In this document: in pieces, positions 23,004 to 28,015 of the stretch
How the letters are laid out: each line of letters begins with the position of its first letter
How positions within the stretch are numbered: the first letter of the stretch is position 1
Source of the DNA: an uncultured Gammaproteobacteria bacterium
GTDB lineage: Bacteria; Patescibacteriota; Patescibacteriia; 2-12-FULL-60-25
Direction of reading: 5' to 3'
DNA length: 28,015 bases
Assembly: GCA_964348595.1 (NCBI GenBank)
Contig: CAYGDS010000001.1
Coordinates: forward strand, 1 to 28,015
The notes under the pieces: generated by a model
Database searches by the model: none
Seen by the model: only the letters and a program-made list of their open reading frames with translations
What the model was told of the DNA's origin: nothing
Translations under genes and position numbers: made by a program

Positions 23004-24443
23004 ATGACAAGAACGACGGCTAAGGACACGATCTCAAAGGTCGGCGAGCGGGTGGATTTGATGGGCTGGGTCCATGTCCGGCGCGACATGGGAAAAATCG
23101 CCTTTATCGATCTCCGGGATCGCTCCGGCATTGTTCAGGTCGTTCTGGTCCCATCCGAACTCGATGCGGCATCACAAGAAGTCCTGAAGGACCTCCGTTC
23201 AGAATATTGCGTGCGTGTCTCTGGCCTCGTCCAGGAGCGCGGCAAGAAACAACAGAATCCTGCTTTGCCGACGGGTATGGTGGAGGTGCTTGCAAAGGAG
23301 ATCGTTGTCTTGAACCCGTCGAAGACGCCGCCGTTTGAGCTCTCAGACACGTCTGCGATCAACGAGGAACTTCGTCTCAAGTATCGATACCTCGACTTGC
23401 GGAGTCCGCGCATGCTCAAGAATCTCGTGCTGCGAGACAAGGTCATCACCTTTTTCCGCGGCTATCTCCATACACAGGATTTTCTCGAGGTCGAAACGCC
23501 GATTCTGACCAAGGGCACACCGGAGGGCGCGCGTGAGTTCCTCGTGCCATCACGACAACACCCGGGGAAATTCTACGTTCTCCCGCAGTCGCCGCAGCAA
23601 TTTAAACAATTATTGATGGTCGGCGGCGTGGAGAAATATTTCCAAATTGCGCGCTGCTTCCGAGACGAAGATCAGCGTGGTGATCGCCAACCGGAGTTTA
23701 CGCAGCTCGATCTCGAGATGTCATTTGTCGAGCAGGAAGATGTGTTGCGATTGATCGAGAAGATGATGATCGATCTTGTGAAAACGGTTTCTCCTGAAAA
23801 ACGCATTCAGCAAGTTCCGTTTCCCCGTCTCTCGTACAATGAGGCGATGGAGAAGTACGGCTCAGACAAGCCGGATCTGCGTGAAGATAAAAACGATCCG
23901 AATCTTCTCGCATTCTGTTGGGTTGTCGACTTTCCGTTTTTCGAGAAAACCGAGGATGGTTCTTGGACCTTCAGTCACAACCCGTTCTCCGCTCCAAAGC
24001 CAGAACACATGGATTGGCTTCTTACCAAAAAGAACATCGGCGAGATCCTTACGACGCAGTACGATATCGTGCTGAACGGATTCGAAGCGGGTGGAGGAAG
24101 CATTCGTAATCACCGTCCGGAGGCGCTGCGTGCAGTGTTCGAGATTCTTGGATTCAAGGACGAAGAAATCGACGCGCAATTCGGTCACATGCTGGAGGCC
24201 TTCTCGTTCGGCGCACCTCCACATGGTGGCATCGCTCCTGGGATCGATCGCATTGTGATGATTCTCGCCAACGAGCCGAATATTCGCGAAGTCATCCCGA
24301 TCCCGAAAACGGGTGATGCGCGTGATGTCATGATGGGAGCTCCGTCGGAAGTGCCAGATAAGAGGTTGGATGAGGCGCATATCAGCATAAATCAAAAGTC
24401 GAAAGTCGAAAGTCGAAAGTCAATACAAAAGCGCAAAACGTAA
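23004..24443 (+). CDS. aspS: Aspartate--tRNA ligase (bacterial type, GAD domain absent)
   Basis: GWVHVRRDMG..FIDLRD, RLKYRYLDLR, TPEGAREFLVPSR, LPQSPQQFKQLLM, CFRDED.R.DRQPEFTQLD and PPHGGIAPGIDR. KPDLR joins directly to ..AFCWVVDFP. Confidence 0.96.
   Translation: MTRTTAKDTISKVGERVDLMGWVHVRRDMGKIAFIDLRDRSGIVQVVLVPSELDAASQEVLKDLRSEYCVRVSGLVQERGKKQQNPALPTGMVEVLAKEIVVLNPSKTPPFELSDTSAINEELRLKYRYLDLRSPRMLKNLVLRDKVITFFRGYLHTQDFLEVETPILTKGTPEGAREFLVPSRQHPGKFYVLPQSPQQFKQLLMVGGVEKYFQIARCFRDEDQRGDRQPEFTQLDLEMSFVEQEDVLRLIEKMMIDLVKTVSPEKRIQQVPFPRLSYNEAMEKYGSDKPDLREDKNDPNLLAFCWVVDFPFFEKTEDGSWTFSHNPFSAPKPEHMDWLLTKKNIGEILTTQYDIVLNGFEAGGGSIRNHRPEALRAVFEILGFKDEEIDAQFGHMLEAFSFGAPPHGGIAPGIDRIVMILANEPNIREVIPIPKTGDARDVMMGAPSEVPDKRLDEAHISINQKSKVESRKSIQKRKT
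24394..24421 (+). repeat. Heptamer tandem repeat (GAAAGTC)n inside the aspS 3' end
   Basis: AAAAGTC GAAAGTC GAAAGTC GAAAGTC, with degenerate units continuing to about 24456. Confidence 0.85.
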
Positions 24444-24459
24444 AGTCAATCAAACGACC

Positions 24460-25167
24460 ATGGGCTACGGAGTCAAAATCGAAAATTTCGAAGGTCCAAT
24501 GGACCTGCTGTTGCAATTGATCGAATCGGAGAAACTTGAGATCGCGAACGTATCGCTTGCGCAGGTCACCGAACCTTTTGTCGCACATGTGCGAGAGAAT
24601 CAGGGTAAGATCGCGCCGGAGGAGCTCGCCGATTTTCTTGTGATCGCCGCGAAGCTCGTCTATCTCAAATCGAAAATCTTGTTGCCGTACCTGTCCGACG
24701 CGGAATTAGACGAAGGACCGGACCTCGAAACACAGCTGCGCATGTACAAGGCGTTTGTGGAGGCCGCAGCGAAGATCGATGCCCTCGCGCAAGCCGGGAA
24801 CACGGCGTATGGACGAAGTCGTCGCATGACTATCGCTCGAGAACCGCAATTCATTCCACCGCCCGGTGTCACGAACGAGACACTGCACGAGCTCTTTGTC
24901 CGAGTGGTGCGTCGCCTCGAACCCATCTTGCAACTCCCGAAAGCAGCCATTGAACGTGTGGTGACGCTTGAAGAAAAAATTTCGCAATTGATAGGACGCG
25001 TAAAAAAACTTATGCACGTTTCGTTCCATCGTTTTCTGTCGGAAGCGGGCGATCGACACGAAATGATCGTTTCGTTTTTGGCGTTGCTTGAATTGGTAAA
25101 ACAGCGCACGATCACGTACGAGCAGCAAGAATTGTTCCAGGATATCCGTATTACCCATTCCGCCTGA
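24460..25167 (+). CDS. scpA: Segregation and condensation protein A
   Basis: FEGPMDLLLQLI, ADFLVIAAKLVYLKSKILLP and IVSFLALLELVK...QQELFQDI. Confidence 0.94.
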   Translation: MGYGVKIENFEGPMDLLLQLIESEKLEIANVSLAQVTEPFVAHVRENQGKIAPEELADFLVIAAKLVYLKSKILLPYLSDAELDEGPDLETQLRMYKAFVEAAAKIDALAQAGNTAYGRSRRMTIAREPQFIPPPGVTNETLHELFVRVVRRLEPILQLPKAAIERVVTLEEKISQLIGRVKKLMHVSFHRFLSEAGDRHEMIVSFLALLELVKQRTITYEQQELFQDIRITHSA

Positions 25168-25168
25168 T

Positions 25169-25750
25169 ATGACACTTGACGCCTCCATCGAAGCGATTCT
25201 CTTTGCCGCAGCGGAGCCGATCACAGCGAAGCGGCTGGCGAGTTTTTTGGATCAAGATCTTACGGATATCACCGAGGCCCTTAAAACGCTCGAGACGCGT
25301 TTGCGCGATGCGGAGGGCGGCACAAGGCTCATTTTGCAAGGGGGGACGGCGGAACTTGTGACGGTCCCAGCTGCCGCCGAGGAGGTCCGTCGTGTCCTCA
25401 AACAAGAACTGCAAGGCGAACTCACGCACCCATCGCTCGAGGCGCTCGCTATTCTTGCGTATCGCGGGCCGATGACGCGACCAGAGCTCGAACAGATCCG
25501 CGGCGTTCAGTCATCGCTTATCTTGCGCAATCTCATGCTCCGCGGTCTCGTCGAACAACACGAGGAGACTCGTCTCGGACAGCCGCTCTATAGCGTCACC
25601 GTCGATTTTCTGAAACATATTGGAATGACGCGCGCGCAAGATCTTCCAGACTACGAGTCCTTGCATGGACACTCGGCCGTCGTTCAGGTGTTGCAAGAGC
25701 TCGAGCCGTCGAAAGAAACAAGCGAGCCTCGCGCGTCGCTCGAAGTATGA
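25169..25750 (+). CDS. scpB: Segregation and condensation protein B
   Basis: IEAILFAAAEP, LEALAILAYRGPMTRPELEQIRGV and Y.VT.DFL.H.G...DLP. Confidence 0.94.
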   Translation: MTLDASIEAILFAAAEPITAKRLASFLDQDLTDITEALKTLETRLRDAEGGTRLILQGGTAELVTVPAAAEEVRRVLKQELQGELTHPSLEALAILAYRGPMTRPELEQIRGVQSSLILRNLMLRGLVEQHEETRLGQPLYSVTVDFLKHIGMTRAQDLPDYESLHGHSAVVQVLQELEPSKETSEPRASLEV

Positions 25751-25751
25751 T

Positions 25752-26678
25752 ATGGGAGCTGAGACCCTGACCGTCCTCATTGGCATTCTGGCCTTGCAGG
25801 CATTCGAACCTTCACGACCACCGCTTGTCGGGGGTCTTCCCGTTGCCCGATACGTGGTGCCGCAGGCGGCGGTCCCAGTCAAAAAAGAAGCAGGACGTTT
25901 GGGCGTTGAACTCACTGCACGCGCGGCCGTGGCGATTGATGCAAAGAGCGGTCACATGTTATTTGAAAAAGATGCGGATCGTCCTTACCCCGTGGCGAGT
26001 CTCACTAAGATTATCACCGCCATGGTGCTCTTAGATCAGAAGCCGCGTCTTGAGGAAAAGGTAACCCTTACCACGGCAGATCGAGGACGTGTTGGACGGA
26101 CGTTCGTTGATCTTCAGGATGCGTTCACAAGAAAAGAGTTGCTCCAGATCATGCTTATCGCTTCGTCGAACGAAGCAGCGCATGCTCTTGCACGCACTTC
26201 GGTTGGCATGGATGCATTCGTCGCGGCTATGAATGCGAAGGCGCGAGAGCTCGGCATGGTGCACGCGACCTTTCATGATCCATCGGGGCTCGATCCTCGA
26301 AACGCCGCGAGCGCGAAGGACATGGCTATCGCGATTCGTGCCGCGTTGAATTACCCGCTTTTGCAATCGATCACGCCGATTCAGACGCTGGTCGTCCGGG
26401 GGCGTGCGACGGGACGATCCTATACGCTCAAGAGCACGAACCTGCTTCTTGGCTCAGCCCTGAACAAGGATCCATACAAAATCATGGCTGGCAAGACGGG
26501 CTCCTTGGAGGAGGCGGGCTTCTGTTTTGCCCAGGTTACACGTAATAAGGAGGGGGATGAGGTGATTGCCGTCGTGCTTGGAAGTGACTCGCATTTCTCG
26601 CGTTTCCAAGATGTAAAATCGATGACATACTGGGCGTATGACGCCTTCCTCTGGCCTGCCGTTGCGGCTCGCCGTTGA
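25752..26678 (+). CDS. Serine-type D-Ala-D-Ala carboxypeptidase (peptidase S11)
   Basis: ASLTK (SxxK), SSN (SxN), F.DPSGL and GKTG. Start reassigned to ATG 25752. Confidence 0.92.
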   Translation: MGAETLTVLIGILALQAFEPSRPPLVGGLPVARYVVPQAAVPVKKEAGRLGVELTARAAVAIDAKSGHMLFEKDADRPYPVASLTKIITAMVLLDQKPRLEEKVTLTTADRGRVGRTFVDLQDAFTRKELLQIMLIASSNEAAHALARTSVGMDAFVAAMNAKARELGMVHATFHDPSGLDPRNAASAKDMAIAIRAALNYPLLQSITPIQTLVVRGRATGRSYTLKSTNLLLGSALNKDPYKIMAGKTGSLEEAGFCFAQVTRNKEGDEVIAVVLGSDSHFSRFQDVKSMTYWAYDAFLWPAVAARR

Positions 26679-27672
26679 TCTCAGGCACCTACCGAGAGAT
26701 GGGGGGCCTGGGGCCGGCGTCGAGCACGCATCCATAGAACTTGTGCAAGCTCTGCGACCGCTCGCCGCGGATGCCGGGATAGATTTGGTTCCTCTGTACG
26801 AGCCTAAGGGCGCGTTTGGATTCTCTACCGCAGTTCGCATGAAGCGAGCGCACGCCGTTCTCGTGCCATCGGGAAGTGTGCCGCCGTTTTTGCGAAAACC
26901 GTTTTATCCGTGGGTGCACGATGTCGCTATCTTCCGTCACCCGGAATGGTTCCCGCAACATCCAGCAAAACGTGGTCTGACAACACGGCTCTTTTTGCGG
27001 GGCGTAAGACATGCGCGTCATGTCTTTGCCGTAAGTGAAGATACGAAACGTGCGCTCATGGAGATCGCTCACATTCCCTCCGATCGCATCACGGTGACGT
27101 ATCAGGCGATTCACCAGATTCGATCTTCCGCGCAACCGCAATCCATCACGAGACCATATGCGTTGATCATGGGCACGGTTGAACCGCGTAAAAATATTCA
27201 CCCCATTGTGCAGCTCTGGCCTCGCATCGTCGAGAGCATGTCTGCTCCGTTGACACTCGTGATCGCCGGACGACCCGGATGGGGGACGGTGAACGACCAG
27301 ATTATCCGCGAGTTCGGAGACGCTCCATGGCTCGTTCGATTGAATGATGTAAGCGATCGCGAGCGGGACGCCCTCGTGCAGCATGCGACCATGCTCCTCG
27401 TGCCATCGTTGCACGAGGGCTTTGGTCGGACGGCCCTCGAAGGTCTCTCCGCAGGAGTTCCGGTTATTGCCTCGAACGGTGGCGCACTCCCCGAGATTCT
27501 CGGTGACGCCGGCGTTCTGCTCGACCCGAACGATGATGATGGTTGGATCTCAGCCATTCGCGAAACGTATGCGAGGCCACATGACCCACGCCCAGGTTAT
27601 TCAAGAGCCGCACTCTTTACGTGGCAAAAAACAGCCACTATCATGCTTGCCAAGATCATGGAAACCTGGTAA
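26638..27672 (+). CDS. GT-B glycosyltransferase, family 4
   Basis: VHDVA, VSEDTK, GTVEPRKN, LVIAGRPGW and PSLHEGFG...LEGLSAGVPVIASN. The start is uncertain (41-nt overlap with the upstream gene). Confidence 0.9.
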   Translation: MTPSSGLPLRLAVDLRHLPRDGGPGAGVEHASIELVQALRPLAADAGIDLVPLYEPKGAFGFSTAVRMKRAHAVLVPSGSVPPFLRKPFYPWVHDVAIFRHPEWFPQHPAKRGLTTRLFLRGVRHARHVFAVSEDTKRALMEIAHIPSDRITVTYQAIHQIRSSAQPQSITRPYALIMGTVEPRKNIHPIVQLWPRIVESMSAPLTLVIAGRPGWGTVNDQIIREFGDAPWLVRLNDVSDRERDALVQHATMLLVPSLHEGFGRTALEGLSAGVPVIASNGGALPEILGDAGVLLDPNDDDGWISAIRETYARPHDPRPGYSRAALFTWQKTATIMLAKIMETW

Positions 27673-27688
27673 TCTCGGGCCCACATAC

Positions 27689-27776
27689 GATGTCAGAACC
27701 CAGATGTCAGATGTCAGAAGTAGGGACTTGAATGTGTTCGTTTCTGACATCTCGGATCTAGGATCTGACATCTCGG
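27689..27776. repeat. Bipartite heptamer array (CAGATGT units, then their complement) before tRNA-Met
   Basis: GATGTCAGAACCCAGATGTCAGATGTCAGAAGT (27689-27721), then TCTGACATCTCGG twice (27743-27755, 27764-27776). Confidence 0.85.
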
Positions 27777-27787
27777 TTGGTTGTCAT

Positions 27788-27864
27788 GGCGGGGTAGCTC
27801 AGTTGGTTAGAGCGAAGGACTCATAAGCCTTAGGTCGCCAGTTCGATCCTGGCCCCCGCTACCA
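27788..27864 (+). tRNA. tRNA with CAT anticodon, most likely elongator tRNA-Met (Ile2 not excluded)
   Basis: Acceptor GGCGGGG/CCCCGCT-ACCA, D-stem GCTC/GAGC, loop CTCATAA and T-arm GCCAG-TTCGATC-CTGGC. Confidence 0.93.
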
Positions 27865-27869
27865 TGTAC

Positions 27870-27893
27870 AAACCCGGCGCGAGCCGGGTTTTT
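27870..27893 (+). terminator. Intrinsic terminator after tRNA-Met
   Basis: AAACCCGGC-GCGA-GCCGGGTTT followed by TT. Confidence 0.85.
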
Positions 27894-27920
27894 ACTTTCA
27901 TGGACTCACCGTTCTCAAGG

Positions 27921-27949
27921 TTGACACGATCCATTATCTCGCGTAGTCT
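27921..27949 (+). promoter_or_regulatory. sigma70 promoter for tRNA-fMet
   Basis: TTGACA (27921-27926), 17 nt, TAGTCT (27944-27949). Confidence 0.7.
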
Positions 27950-27954
27950 CCGGA

Positions 27955-28015
27955 CGCGGGGTAGAGCAGTTGGCAGCTCGTCTGGCTCATAACCAGAAGG
28001 TCGTGGGTTCAAATC
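27955..28015 (+). tRNA. Initiator tRNA-fMet (CAT), truncated by the window end
   Basis: Starts CGCGGGGTAGAGCAG..GGCAGCTCG as in bacterial fMet tRNAs. Anticodon arm TCTGG-CTCATAA-CCAGA, then GGTTCAAATC. The 3' end is missing. Confidence 0.88.

Noticed and set aside
21950-23131. 393-aa minus-strand ORF spanning three plus-strand genes
   Set aside because: Crosses gene boundaries antisense, including the start of aspS, and has no recognisable domain. Expected by chance at this GC content.
5170-25751. Long N-terminal extensions in the ORF track (livM 5170, receiver 7548, ruvX 16177, asnS 19372, 21369, carboxypeptidase 25665; also xth 1000)
   Set aside because: They overlap upstream genes or regulatory DNA. 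Family homology and -10/ATGA positioning support the downstream ATGs used here.
24460-26678. scpA-scpB followed by a D,D-carboxypeptidase as a novel link
   Set aside because: Comparable scpAB-dacB proximity is known from Bacillus subtilis, so this is ordinary synteny.

Overview
A 28-kb, mostly housekeeping stretch of a compact bacterial chromosome. It is probably Patescibacteria/CPR, an inference from the GAD-less AspRS, N-terminally short MurF, short RecO and tight gene packing. Gene order: 3' end of a membrane-protein gene, xth (-), CaCA antiporter, GT-A glycosyltransferase, complete LIV-type ABC transporter (K-H-M-G-F), stand-alone receiver coupled to ftsI, murF, tRNA-Glu(CTC), large sensor kinase plus a second stand-alone receiver, two STAS-like orphans (-), rnhB (-), ruvX/yqgF, recO, two orphans, asnS, a basic orphan (-), two membrane-anchored unknowns, aspS, scpA, scpB, D,D-carboxypeptidase, GT4, tRNA-Met and a truncated tRNA-fMet. 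No transposase, integrase, phage gene or CRISPR array is visible. The unexplained signal is mostly non-coding. (1) A 60-bp element is duplicated upstream of ruvX and asnS, with a compensatory base-pair change in its hairpin. (2) A 15-bp palindrome TCGAGCT-N-AGCTCGA occurs in three intergenic sites. (3) Self-complementary heptamer arrays sit at core-gene junctions. (4) Core genes look leaderless, whereas orphan genes have SD sequences. At the protein level, two 44%-identical stand-alone receivers may link the sensor kinase to ftsI. All alignments and counts were done by eye; no searches were run.
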